Part shown: piece after piece, positions 23,280 to 36,300 of the stretch
How the letters are laid out: every line of letters starts with the position of its first letter
Position numbering within the stretch: the first letter of the stretch is position 1
Source of the DNA: Plasmodiophora brassicae
Lineage: Eukaryota
Direction of reading: 5' to 3'
DNA length: 64,000 nucleotides
Assembly (NCBI GenBank): GCA_036867785.1
Contig: CP145410.1
Span: forward strand, 1,488,001 to 1,552,000
Translations under genes and position numbers: made by a program
Notes under the pieces: generated by a model
What the model was told of the DNA's origin: nothing
Database searches by the model: none
The model's input: only the letters and a program-made list of their open reading frames with translations

Positions 23280-26200
23280 TGTCGAACAATGTATCCACTA
23301 CGACCAGCAGCACATGCCTGCAGCACGTGAACGCCGTCACGCACTCCGCGACTCCGTGCCCGCCGGCGTTGGCAACCGTTACACCGTCGGCGACTACGTC
23401 GCCACTGTAACGTCCGCCGCACACGCCGTACGTAATACATTCACTCCATTATTGCCTTTCTCAGATTAACAGTCGTATAGGCGCAGGCGCTGAGCCTCTA
23501 CTCGCCATGGCCGAGCGCCAGGCGACGCCTAACACGGATGACGACCCGCTGCGTCATCTGTCGCTCGAGGAGATCGACACCCGAATTGCCGAAGCGGAGG
23601 CAACGATCGCCAGGCAGGAGAAGATCGACCGTCTCCGTGTCCTGCAGCAGCAGCTGGCGCGTCCGACCAGCTGTCCATCGACCCCGGCCATGCCGATCAT
23701 CGCCGAGGCGCACAGCCGAAGCGACGCAGGCCGACTGCCCATGCCCAGTTCGACGGTACTCCCGACTCGTTCACGTCCTGGGTTCAGACAGCTGCACTCT
23801 GGTTTCGCAATCGTGGGTACGCGGACGTCATCGGGATCAACGAAGATGGCTCGCCGACTGCGACAACCGGTACGGCACACGACCCAGCTCTCGAGGCAGC
23901 CGCGCGCGAGATTCTACTCGTCCACATGCTGGACCACAAGATCGCGTCCGCGTTGTCTTTGTTTCAGGCAGGCTCGGCTGCCAAGTGCTGGCGCGTGCTG
24001 TTCCAGGCGTACAGCCCATCGTCGCTGGCATCGGTCGTGCGCGCCGTCCGCGACCTCGTCACGGTCCAGCACATGCCCGGCGAGTCGGTCGCCACGTACG
24101 CCGCCCGAGTTCAAGCAGCGGCTCATCGCGTCCGGTCGACGGTACCGACCGAGATGCTGTCCCTCACCGACGCATTGGTCGCCGTCCTCATCTTGGCCAA
24201 CGCATCATCCGATCTCGACGCCGTCGTCGCTGGCCTGCACAATCGTGCTCTGGACACGCTGCCCAGTGTCTCCGAGGTCGTCGGGTCGTTGACAAGCGAG
24301 GAGATCAGGGTCCAAGACGTGCGGGACCGACACGACGCGTTCCAAACGGCCAACCGCTCCAGTTGCGCCACATCGACGCGTCCCCGTGGACCACGACGCA
24401 ACGAGTCCTGCGTCTTCCATCCCGGATCCAAGCACACTAACGGCGAATGCACGCTGCAACGACACATCTGGTACCGCGACAGCAACGCGAAAACCAATAC
24501 ATCCTCACCAACGTCCAACGAGTATCCAACGTCTGGCGCTCATCCGGTCGATCCGGCGCCCGAACCGATGCGTGCTTTGTCGGCACGCCACGCCATCGAC
24601 GTGTACGCGAACTCAGTAGGCCTACTGGACTCAGCGTGTTCCACGACGATGACGCCCCTGCGCCGACATCTCAGCTGCTATCGCCAAGGCACCGGACCGG
24701 AAGTTGAGCTAGCCGATCTGTCGCGTACGACCACTTCCGGTCGAGGCGTGACGTCATTCGGCATGGATGTCCAGGCGACGAGTATCGATTCGCTGCACGT
24801 TCCCCGACTTGGCCAAGCGCTAGTATCAGTTGGCCAGCTCACCAGATCAGGTCACAAGATCGTGTTCGACGGCGATACCGCGAAGATCTACTCGGGGGCC
24901 AACTGGACGGCGCCCGTCGGTCAGCCAGTGGTCGTCAGTCAACGAGGACACGATAACCTGTACCGGATTCCATTATCCGCTCCAACCTCCGCGCCCGGCA
25001 CACTTCATTCCGCCCGAGTCTGCTCCTTGATCGCATTCAGCGTCTCATGCCGCGTCGCTAAGGTCACCGCCGCAGCTCCAGCTGTCTGGCACGCTCGAAC
25101 CGGCCACCTGGGTTACGGCAACCTGCGCATCCTGCACAAACGTTGTCGTGGCATGAAGTTCGACGGGCCAATCCCGAGGCCGCAAGATCGATGTCCATGC
25201 GCTGCATGTTTACTCGCCAAGGGCAAACGGTCATCATTCCCTCCCAGTACGTCGCGCGCGCGTCGTGTTGGCGATCTCGTCCATAGCGATCTGTCCGGAC
25301 GGTGGCCTGTCGTCGGTGTCGGCGGCTTTGAGTACTACCAGACCATGCTGGACGATTCCTCTCGGTACCTGTCCGTCTATCTGCTACGTCGCAAATCGGA
25401 GGCGCTCGACGTCATCAAGCACTATGACGCGCGTCTTCGCAACCAGGAAGGACGTGGTATCCGGACGTTCCAGACTGACGGTGGCGGCGAGTACAACTCC
25501 AAGGCGTGCGTCCTGTTCTACAACGAGTCCGGCATCCTGCACCGCAAATCTGTCCCGTACACGCCCGAGCAGAACGGCCGCGCTGAAAGCGTCAACTACA
25601 CGCTCTGCGGTATCGAAAGCTCAATCCGGTGCCACTCTCGCATGCCTGACTCCACGTGGCCCTGGTCGCTGTCCTACTCTGCGATACTGTACAACATCCA
25701 CCCGAGGTCAGTCCTTCCCGGGCGTCGCACATCGTTCGAGGCTGCTCGTCGCGCCCTACCTAACATCTCGGCCCTTCGTGTCTACGGTTGCGATGCCTAT
25801 GCCATGCGACCGCATCCAGCCACGAAGAAGCCGAGCAAGTTGGAGCCTCGTCGTGTTCGCGCTGTGTTTATCGGTTTCACGCCCGGCATGAAGGCTTGGC
25901 GGTTCTACGACGTGGACCGGGAAGACACGTTCGAGAGCACGACTGCCGAGTTCCTGGAGACCTCGTTCACATTTGGATTTGGAAGATCCAGCCCTGCTAG
26001 TTCATCATCAGCGCCACCGTCCAGTCCTGAGCCGAGCTCTACGCCGAACGTTGAGACGATCGTCCCGACGCCCGTCTCTTCCGACGCCGTCATGGCACCT
26101 CTACCATCGACGTCAGCATCCTCTCTCGCAGCATCCCCTCCCGAGCCTCCGTCACCTGCCGCTGCGTCATCGCCTTCCGAGATCGTCCGACCGTCGCGCT

Positions 26201-28159
26201 CACCGTCTTCTGATGACGTATCCACCGACGAAGATGATGATGACGCTGAAGGTGATCCCGACTACGAAGGTTCGGCGTCCAGCAACGACTCTCCCAACGA
26301 AGCTGCCGATCCCGACGTCCACGACAATTCCGATGCTGCTGATATCGTTGACCACAATGTCATCGATGTGCCACGCCCTCGCCGATCGAATCGTCGTCGT
26401 CAACCGCCTGGTGAATGGTGGAAGGCGCCGGAGGCGGCCAATCGTTCGTCGACACGGTGGTCCTCGACGGTCGACGCCTGGTTCCAGAATCCGACCCTAA
26501 CGTCCCCGACACAGCGCCCTCCTCGTCGCTCCCGCCGACTGATCCGGCATTGGCAGCAGGTTGAGGAGCGCCGTCTGATCGATCAGGCCATCAGGTCCAA
26601 CCGTCCGACATCTCGCGGCGCCGCTGCCAAGGCATGTCGAGCCAAGGTATCCGCCCCGATCGACCCAGCCCGACTACCACGACCCGACCTGTCGAAGCTG
26701 AACGCAACCGACATTCCCGTACCCAACTCAATGGCCGATGCCCTCTCATCACCTTTCGCTGGCCACTGGTGGGACGCCGCCGTCACCCAGATGGCAACAC
26801 TGGACGCCAAGGACACGTTCGGCCCGCTAATCGACCTGCCGAAAAGTAAGATCGCTGTTGGCGCCAAGTGGGGGTTCCGAGTGAAGTCCTCGCTCAGTGG
26901 CAACGGTGGCATCCGCAAGTTCACCGCCCGACTCTGTCCTCAGGGCTTCCGACAACGCCCCGGCATCGACTTCGACGATACGTTCGCGCCGACCGCCCGT
27001 GCCACCGCGTTCCTCGTTACGAGAAGCTCTCCACGATGGCCGAGATCACGGATCAAGGTGAACCGTCGACCCTGCTTGGCATGCGCATCCGACGCGAACC
27101 TGGCACCGGCGCCATCACCCTTGACCAAGCCGAGTACATCGAGAAGGTGTTGAGCGACTTCAACATGTCGCATTGTCATCCGGTCGACACGCCGCACCAG
27201 CCTGGCGTTCACCTATCAACGACAATGAGTCCACAAAGCGACCTCGACCGCGACGAAATGGCGACCAAGCCGTACCTCAAACTTATTGGCTGCCTGACAT
27301 GGCTCGCCCATCAATGCCGTCCCGACATCGCGTACATAACGAATGTACTGGCCCAATTCTCCTCGAATCCCGGCATCCAGCATTGGCGTGCGGGGCAACG
27401 CGTTCTTAAGTACCTCGCCGGCACCATGACGCACGGCATCCGATACGAACGCCAGCCCGAAGATCGTCTGATCGCATACGCCGACGCTGATTGGGCATCC
27501 GACCCTGACACGCGACGGTCGCGCTCCGGCCACATCATCCTGCTGGCTGGCGGCCCCGTGCACTGGCAGTCACGTCGCCAAGACCTGGGCGCAGTCAAAG
27601 TTAGCTTATCGTCCACACATGCAGAGATCAAGTCGCTGTGTGCTGTTACCCGCCGGCTGGCCTGGATCCGGTCATTCCTGACCGAAATCGGCTTCGCACG
27701 CTCCAGTCCGACGATCGTATACGAGGACAATCAAGGCGCGAAGGCCTGGTCAGGCTATCGTCGGATGGATGATCGCACGAAGGACATCGAGGTGCAGTTT
27801 CACTACACCCGGGAGGCCGTCGAGGCCAGTTTGATTGTCGTCCACAAGTGCCCGTCCGCCGAGATGGCTACAGACTACCTGACGAAGCCCGCTCTCAGCA
27901 CCTCATATCATGCGAACCTGCTCCTGGCCGTCATCATCGACACAAGTCCCAGGCCGTGTGCTGCTGGAGGGGGCGTGTCGAACAACGTATCCACTACGAC
28001 CAGCAGCACATGCCTGCAGCACGTGAACGCCGTCACGCACTCCGCGACTCCGTGCCCGCCGGCGTTGGCAACCGTTACACCGTCGGCGACTACGTCGCCA
28101 CTGTAACGTCCGCCGCACACGCCGTACGTAATACATCCACTTCATTATTGTCCTTCTCA
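23280..28159 (+). mobile_element. Ty1/Copia retrotransposon (family C, copy 1), defective
   Basis: 184-bp LTRs 23280-23463 and 27976-28159; PBS GATTAACAGTCG; PPT GGAGGGGGCG; flanks do not match each other (ACGTT vs TTCGA). Confidence 0.95.
23507..28106 (+). pseudogene. Copia Gag-Pol with a 1-bp frameshift near 23747 and a 355-bp RT deletion at 27019/27020
   Basis: LLDSAC, WHARTGH, VHSDL, TDGGGEY, EQNGRAE, YADADWA; lesions defined by comparison with copy 2. Confidence 0.9.
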
Positions 28160-30637
28160 TTCGAGACATACGCGTATGAAAGCAGGGTTGCCGACGCGTG
28201 ATAACGCAACGTAAAGCATCCCGTGTCCGAATACTGGCATTGGCAGGTATACACCAACGCGCCCTGTTATTGTCTGTCCCTGCGCCTTCGATATGGTTAC
28301 TGCGAAGCCGAGTCGGATTGGAAACTGCAGCCTCGTGAACTTGATTGCCAGTCGAGATTCGTCGTTGGGTGCGAACGTGATCCGAGGTAGGAATGCAGTG
28401 TTACCCGTATAGGGACCTGTGACGATGCGAACGTGGAGTAGGTGCCGTTGTTGCCCCAGTAGGATGACGCGTATGCCGTTCTGCAGTCCTGGCGTCCCAA
28501 GCATATTACGAAGGAGAATGTAGATGCATCCCACTTTCAGGGGGATCCGATACGGAGGCATTTCAGGGTTGGGAGTCTGGATACATGGGTACAGGTACTC
28601 CGAAAGTCTTGTGTGTCGTTTTCCCCCCGGTAGAAGGTTCGCAGCCATTCCGGAAGTGGCGCAGACGATCGACTTTTGGTGTTGCAGTGCTTGCCGGAGG
28701 ATGAGCGTGCGAATGGGGAACGTCTTGCCGCAGCCTCCGCCAGCCTGCAAGTAATAGATGTGCCCAGAGCGGGTATCAATCGACTCGCTGATCTCGTCAT
28801 AGAGGATGCGCTGGTCACGGTTGAGCGTGGAAACATCGGCTTCAAGCTGGTGCCGCAGCTGTTCCATAGTGGTATTGGGGTAAGTCGTCAACAGGTATTG
28901 CGTAAACAGCCGGTCAACGTTGTCATTGTCATCGTCCGCAATGGAAGGCAGTCCATATTGGCGAAGGTCACCGCTTCGTCCTGCAGACTGAAGCATGGAT
29001 TTGACGTAACAGTCATTGTCAGTGCATGGAACAACACGTTGCGGAGGGTTGCGTCCAGACCGTTGGTTTCTGGAGAAGGCGAAATCGGCGGACAGAGCAT
29101 CTCGAAATGTTTGCCAGAACAGCGTCGCGTTGGTCAAGCGACGACTGAGCAGGATGGTGACAAACAGGTTGCGTAGGGCTGTTGGAGTAGCGTATGTGGA
29201 TGCCTCTGCCATGCACTCGATCCAGTCAGTATCATTGCGGCATAAATTACGCGCGATGGCTGCGTCCTGGAACGTGTCATATCGGTGGCCGTTGAAATGC
29301 AGGAGAAATTCGAATGATGGTACACGCGGAACACGATGCAGTAGAAGTCTAAGGTAGTACAATTCACCTTGGGCAGGTAAAATATTGTACAGTCGGGATA
29401 CGACGGTAGCGTTGCGACGGGACCGTCGGGTCCACGTTCTCGTCGATGTGTTCCACCTGTACCATAGAGGCATCTGGGCATACGTCAAGTCAGTTGCAGG
29501 GGGCCCGCCGTTGAGCATTTCATGTGGCAAGGGATTCCCTGTTTCGTGCTGGACGGTATCAAAAGACGATGTCAGCTTGCGGTCGTTGACATATTGCTCG
29601 CGTCCCAGCAGGTGTACGGGAAGGATCTCACAACTGTGCGAGCTGTCATGCATAGGGATGCCGAACAGGCGCCAAGCGGCTTCGCTGGAACTGAGGTAGC
29701 GCGCGTCCTGAAACAGGTCGATCTCATTTTGATGATCAGGATTGTCGGGATCCCCCATAATGCTGCGAAAAGATGTCCGATCAGTGCCCTTGTGCATATA
29801 CATGAAAAGGTATTTGATCGCCGAATGCGTAGTGATGATTTCGACGTTAATATGGCAGTTCAGCCTGAGCAGGAGATAGGGATTGTAAGGTACGACCTGC
29901 GAGTTGTTGTAGGTCGTGCCGGTTGCCGACGTAAACGTTTCGCCACCGTGCGAGGGATGGCGTCGTCGATATTGGTCTCCTATTTCGTTCAGATCCAGCG
30001 TCGTCATGGGGGAGAACTGTTTGGGGAACCCCCGCCGACATTTGCCAGCGGCGTCCAAACATCGGTCGGCTCTGCACGTGTGCAGCATGTGTCTGGTGAC
30101 GAGGTCGCGCAACCGAGCATTGGAAGGGGGTGGAATTTCTGCACTCACGTATCTGTCATAGTCGTGAATATTAAGTCGTTGTGATAGCCAGAGCAGCATG
30201 TGGATGTGTGGCAATCCGCGCTTTTGGAATTCCACGACGTATACATACCCAAGGTATGTGCCGAATTGCCCCTTGACGATTGCAATTAGGCGCCGGACCT
30301 TCATCCTGAACACGCGAGCGACGATATCCGGGCGATCGTAATGCCGCTGCCCGGGTCGCAGAGACGACCGAACCTCCTTCCAATCAGGGTTTGCCGTCAT
30401 CGTTATGAGGAATGCAGGAGGGCCCAATTGCTCTTTCATAGCGCAGGTGTTGAGGTAGCGCTGGAACATGTTCCTCGGGCCACCGATGAAGCTAGGCGGT
30501 AGACGAACGAAGCGATCTCGATTGGCATTCATGTCGAGGTTGTGTGGCTCGTCATTCCGCAGTGACCCGTTGGGAACATGCTGATGACGCTCAATGTATC
30601 GGAGTCGTTCGGTCTCCACCTTGTAATACATGTCGCA
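28160..30637 (-). mobile_element. Helitron RepHel fragment, truncated on both sides and internally shortened
   Basis: Rep motifs FLITMTANPDW and VVEFQKRGLPHIH; Pif1-type helicase motifs GGGCGKT, QFPIRLGFAVTISKAQGQT, GMLYVALSRV. Confidence 0.92.
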
Positions 30638-32430
30638 TGTGACGACCGAACACGATGAGTCAACCACACGGATTGACCGACTGAGGTCGGTCCGCGCCGT
30701 GGACGTTTATTGTACCTAGTGCGCTACGAAGGAGCCCAATTTGGTGCCGGCTGAGTCGCCAACACGACTCAGTCGTGACATAATAGTCCCCTTTTAGCCG
30801 CACCGGGAACGGGCTGCGGGCTTGTCTGGGTGGAAGCATTTGGTGAGGCCTAGCAAGAACTGCTTCATCATTAGGCGACAGTCTGTACTCCAGTCGACGA
30901 GTCAGGGCGTCAGGTGTCCAATGAACGAAATCAACTTCGCTAAGGAATTGGAGTGAACGAATCTGTCGTCGATGTAGCTTGTGGGCAAACGCACGTGTGG
31001 CGGCGTCCAGGAACATGAGATCGAGGTTGAGAAACGCGATCGAGGTTGATGAGGCCTGGTCATCCTCTAGCGTAGCAAAAGGTGCAAAGAAGGACTCGGC
31101 GGGCGCATTCAAGGGCGGGAGCTCCGCAGAGGCGCTCGTACACAGCTGTGCTATTGGAAAATACGGCCACCCAACTAGGATCCAGGTCAGGGCGACAAAG
31201 GTTGCGAACATCAGAAGATTGAGGCTGTGGCCGTCTCGGAAGCCATCATTGGAGGAGGCGGCGGGGGCGGCGGGAGAGGCCGTCTGGCCCCTCGTCGCAC
31301 GGGGCCCCAGTTCCGGAAGGAGGACATAAGGGGCGTGGACTCGGAGCCTGAACGGGGCAATGATAAGAGATCGGCGCGGCTGGGGGCAGCAGTATCATTG
31401 AAGGCGGCGACCCCCGGGATGCTACCATAATCGAATGCGGAAGGGCGCGGCAACGTTTCAAGTGATTCAGCTGAAGGGATGGCACACGCAGGCGCAGGAA
31501 CGCTTCGTGCAGGAGGTGAGACCCCAGCTGAGAGACTATCCCCGCGCTTAACTGTTGCAAATGGTCCCGCCGAAGAGACGAAGGACCCAGACTCATGGAC
31601 GTCTCCTGTACGGCGTGACATCCCCACGAGGGTATCTCCGCGGCGCTGTAGGCGGCGCTGACGCCAATCGATATCTGGGTTTGTATCCGCCAACCAAGGC
31701 AGCCCAAGAATGACAGGGTGTTGAGGCGAGTGGATCATGTTCAGGACGACGTCGCTGTCGAAACATCCGTCGACGGTAGCACGTAACGGGACGGTTTCCT
31801 GAGTTACTGGAGACAGGTGTCGCCCGTCGATGACGCGAACAGGAATGGCACGCGATTTAGAGCGAACCGGTATTTCGTGGTGACGACAGAACGACCAGTC
31901 GATGAAGTTGGAAGTCGCACCACAGTCTAACAGGGCGAATGTGTTGACACGGCGTGAGCCGATAACGAGGCATACCGATACCAACAGATGCGGTATTGAG
32001 GGAGACGTCATAAGGAACAGATCAGTGACGTGGAGAGGGTTGCCGAACCGCTCGGGACACAGCGATGAGCGGTGGCCAACCTTACGACAGTGCGGGCACG
32101 GTGGCCTCTTCGGGCAGGACGCAATAAAATGCCCAACTTCGCGACAATAGTGGCAAGCCAGGGGTTGTGTCCTTGCATCACCGCCAGCGTTGATGGCGGC
32201 GATTGGGTATTTCGACTCAAGATGAGCCGCCATCTCGAGAATTTTGTCGTAGTCTCTGAAGTTGTACAAGAACAGCGCTTCGGAGAGCGCAGGGTTCAGC
32301 GAGAGGCGGAACTTTTCCGCCAAGCGGGCCGGATTGAGTCTGTACAATGGGTCAAGTCGTTGAAGGTCCTTGTACAAGCGTTGGAATGCCAGTGCGTGGT
32401 GAGCGACACCTGCAGTCTGCTTCAGGTCAA
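30638..32430 (-). mobile_element. Internally deleted, 5'-truncated relative of Gypsy family B (gag C-terminus, protease, spacer, 3' LTR 30638-30780)
   Basis: Two CCHC knuckles and LLDCGAT very similar to B; RT/RH/IN essentially absent; PPT AAAAGGGGACTATTA and B-like LTR. Confidence 0.88.
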
Positions 32431-33066
32431 TACCCGCGCACCTGCTTCCTGAATGCTGCGATTCATTCGCAGATCGTAGCCAGGGAATCGCGTACCCGTC
32501 GTGGTGTTCGCGTTTTCATTGGCGTACGCAGGATGCCGAGCAGGATGTCGTCGGGAACCATGTCAACGGTGAAAGCGCCATCCCAACGGTCGCCCGTGTC
32601 CGGCGTCGTCAGCATGTCGTTGTCGTCCATCGTCCTGACGAGCGATTGGGCGTTTTCCATCGCTGAGTCATGCAGGCTGTCGGTATACACCTTCAGTTAC
32701 CTGCCTGAACCATTTCACCAGGTCCGCCTGGCTGGCCGACGTCAGCTTTGGCTTACCACTCGTCGTCCTTCCAGACGACTGTGGCCAGCCGGACCGTTTC
32801 GTGTGTCCGTCTGCCACCGCGCCCCCTTTGTCGATCGTCGGCAACGTCGACACCGTCATGGTTCAACGTGGCGTTTTCCACTTCCGACCTTTGATCGTTT
32901 GGTGTCGGGCACGACTTCATGTCGTTGGGCTACTTTCGCGTCATGCGTGGCGGTACCCTTTGCCATTCATTTGCGTGCGCCGCGTCGTGCGTTCGCCACG
33001 CCGTTGTCCCTTCATGGAACGTGATCTTCGCGCGTCTCTTTGCTGATTTGCGACTACAGTGATCAC

Positions 33067-33347
33067 TGTGGCATCTCTCAATCTAGCATTGAGACGTTGT
33101 CATCGAAACGCAGTTCGGACTCTGATTTATTCCTGGCCCGCTGGTCTGCCAACCTCCAGTGTGTCTCCGGAGTCCACCACGGTCTCCGGAGTCCGCGGTC
33201 TATTCTGGGAACACCCGACTGGACCTTGTGGGACTGTTGACTGTGCCTGCCCGGAGTTTCCGGTAGTTGTGGTCTAGCGGAGTTGCATGTCGGTTCAAGG
33301 TGTGACCGTGATCATCATAGGTGCAGCTAGGCTGTGCATATGATACA
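33067..33347 (-). repeat. Candidate LTR of an unrelated family
   Basis: Begins TGT exactly where relic I integrase similarity stops; contains AATAAA and a GGACTCCGGAGAC duplication; far end uncertain, no partner LTR. Confidence 0.35.
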
Positions 33348-36300
33348 GTTCCCTCGCGACGTTTTGGGGAGGTACACAACGTGGTCAACGTTGAGAAAGA
33401 CAATAATGGAGTGGATGTATTACGTACGGCGTGTGCGGCGGACGTTACAGTGGCGACGTAGTCGCCGACGGTGTAACGGTTGCCAACGCCGGCGGGCACG
33501 GAGTCGCGGAGTGCGTGACGGCGTTCACGTGCTGCAGGCATGTGCTGCTGGTCGTAGTGGATACATTGTTCGACACGCCCCCTCCAGCAGCACACGGCCT
33601 GGGACTTGTGTCGATGATGCCGGCCAGGAGCAGGTTCGCATGATACGAGGTGCTGAGAGCGGGCTTCGTGAGGTAGTCTGCAGCCATCTCGGCGGACGGG
33701 CACTTGTGGACCACGATCAAACTGGCCTCGACGGCCTCCCGGGTGTAGTGAAACTGCACCTCGATGTCCTTCGTGCGATCATCCATCCGACGATAGCCAG
33801 ACCAGGCCTTCGCGCCTTGATTGTCCTCGTATACGATCGTCGGACTGGAGCGTGCGAAGCCGATTTCGGTCAGGAATGACCGGATCCAGGCCAGCTGGCG
33901 GGTAACAGCACACAGCGACTTGATCTCTGCATGTGTGGACGATAAGCTAACTTTGACTGCGCCCAGGTCTTGGCGACGTGAATGCCAGTGCATGGGGCCG
34001 CCAGCCAGCAGGATGATGTGGCCGGAGCGCGACCGTCGCGTGTCAGGGTCGGATGCCCAATCAGCGTCGGCGTATGCGATCAGACGATCTTCGGGCTGGC
34101 GTTCGTATCGGATGCCGTGCGTCATGGTGCCGGCGAGGTACTTAAGAACGCGTTGCCCCGCACGCCAATGCTGGATGCCGGGATTCGAGGAGAATTGGGC
34201 CAGTACATTCGTTATGTACGCGATGTCGGGACGGCATCGATGGGCGAGCCATGTCAGGCAGCCAATAAGTTTGAGGTACGGCTTGGTCGCCATTTCGTCG
34301 CGGTCGAGGTCGCTTTGTGGACTCATTGTCGTTGATAGGTGAACGCCAGGCTGATGCGGCGTGTCGACCGGATGACAATGCGACATGTTGAAGTCGCTCA
34401 ACACCTTCTCGATGTACTCGGCTTGGTCAAGGGTGATGGCGCCGGTGCCAGGTTCGCGTCGGATGCGCATGCCAAGCAGGGTCGACGGTTCACCTTGATC
34501 CGTGATCTCGGCCATCGTGGAGAGCTTCTCGAGAACGGATTCCGCGAACGGGACGTCATTGTACGCCAGCAGACCGTCGTCGGTGTGCACCGACATGATC
34601 ATGAACTTTCCATCGCGATCGTACCGGAAGACGCAGGGGTCCGCGATGATCGATTCGAATCCGAGTGATAACAGCATCTCCCGAAGCGTCTTGTACCAAC
34701 GTTCGGCGCCTTGTTTCGTTCCATAAAGGGCCTTTTGCAGTTGACGAACTCGGTACGGGACGTGATGATCGGTGAAGCCATCCGGCTGACGAATGTAAAC
34801 ATCATGGAGCATGTCGGCGTTCAGGTATGCGGCCACCCAGTCGACCTGGCGAAGATGCAGGCCGTGCTGCGCCGCGAGCGCTAGGATAACGAGGAACGCA
34901 GTGGCACGGGCGGTCGGCGCGAACGTATCGTCGAAGTCGATGCCGGGGCGTTGTCGGAAGCCCTGAGGACAGAGTCGGGCGGTGAACTTGCGGATGCCAC
35001 CGTTGCCACTGAGCGAGGACTTCACTCGGAACCCCCACTTGGCGCCAACAGCGATCTTACTTTTCGGCAGGTCGATTAGCGGGCCGAACGTGTCCTTGGC
35101 GTCCAGTGTTGCCATCTGGGTGACGGCGGCGTCCCACCAGTGGCCAGCGAAAGGTGATGAGAGGGCATCGGCCATTGAGTTGGGTACGGGAATGTCGGTT
35201 GCGTTCAGCTTCGACAGGTCGGGTCGTGGTAGTCGGGCTGGGTCGATCGGGGCGGATACCTTGGCTCGACATGCCTTGGCAGCGGCGCCGCGAGATGTCG
35301 GACGGTTGGACCTGATGGCCTGATCGATCAGACGGCGCTCCTCAACCTGCTGCCAATGCCGGATCAGTCGGCGGGAGCGACGAGGAGGGCGCTGTGTCGG
35401 GGACGTTAGGGTCGGATTCTGGAACCAGGCGTCGACCGTCGAGGACCACCGTGTCGACGAACGATTGGCCGCCTCCGGCGCCTTCCACCATTCACCAGGC
35501 GGTTGACGACGACGATTCGATCGGCGAGGGCGTGGCACATCGATGACATTGTGGTCAACGATATCAGCAGCATCGGAATTGTCGTGGACGTCGGGATCGG
35601 CAGCTTCGTTGGGAGAGTCGTTGCTGGACGCCGAACCTTCGTAGTCGGGATCACCTTCAGCGTCATCATCATCTTCGTCGGTGGATACGTCATCAGAAGA
35701 CGGTGAGCGCGACGGTCGGACGATCTCGGAAGGCGATGACGCAGCGGCAGGTGACGGAGGCTCGGGAGGGGATGCTGCGAGAGAGGATGCTGACGTCGAT
35801 GGTAGAGGTGCCATGACGGCGTCGGAAGAGACGGGCGTCGGGACGATCGTCTCAACGTTCGGCGTAGAGCTCGGCTCAGGACTGGACGGTGGCGCTGATG
35901 ATGAACTAGCAGGGCTGGATCTTCCAAATCCAAATGTGAACGAGGTCTCCAGGAACTCGGCAGTCGTGCTCTCGAACGTGTCTTCCCGGTCCACGTCGTA
36001 GAACCGCCAAGCCTTCATGCCGGGCGTGAAACCGATAAACACAGCGCGAACACGACGAGGCTCCAACTTGCTCGGCTTCTTCGTGGCTGGATGCGGTCGC
36101 ATGGCATAGGCATCGCAACCGTAGACACGAAGGGCCGAGATGTTAGGTAGGGCGCGACGAGCAGCCTCGAACGATGTGCGACGCCCGGGAAGGACTGACC
36201 TCGGGTGGATGTTGTACAGTATCGCAGAGTAGGACAGCGACCAGGGCCACGTGGAGTCAGGCATGCGAGAGTGGCACCGGATTGAGCTTTCGATACCGCA

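Noticed and set aside
32440-33060. Short minus-strand ORFs between the B-like relic and the candidate LTR
   Set aside because: No identifiable domains; possibly the decayed leader or gag of another element.
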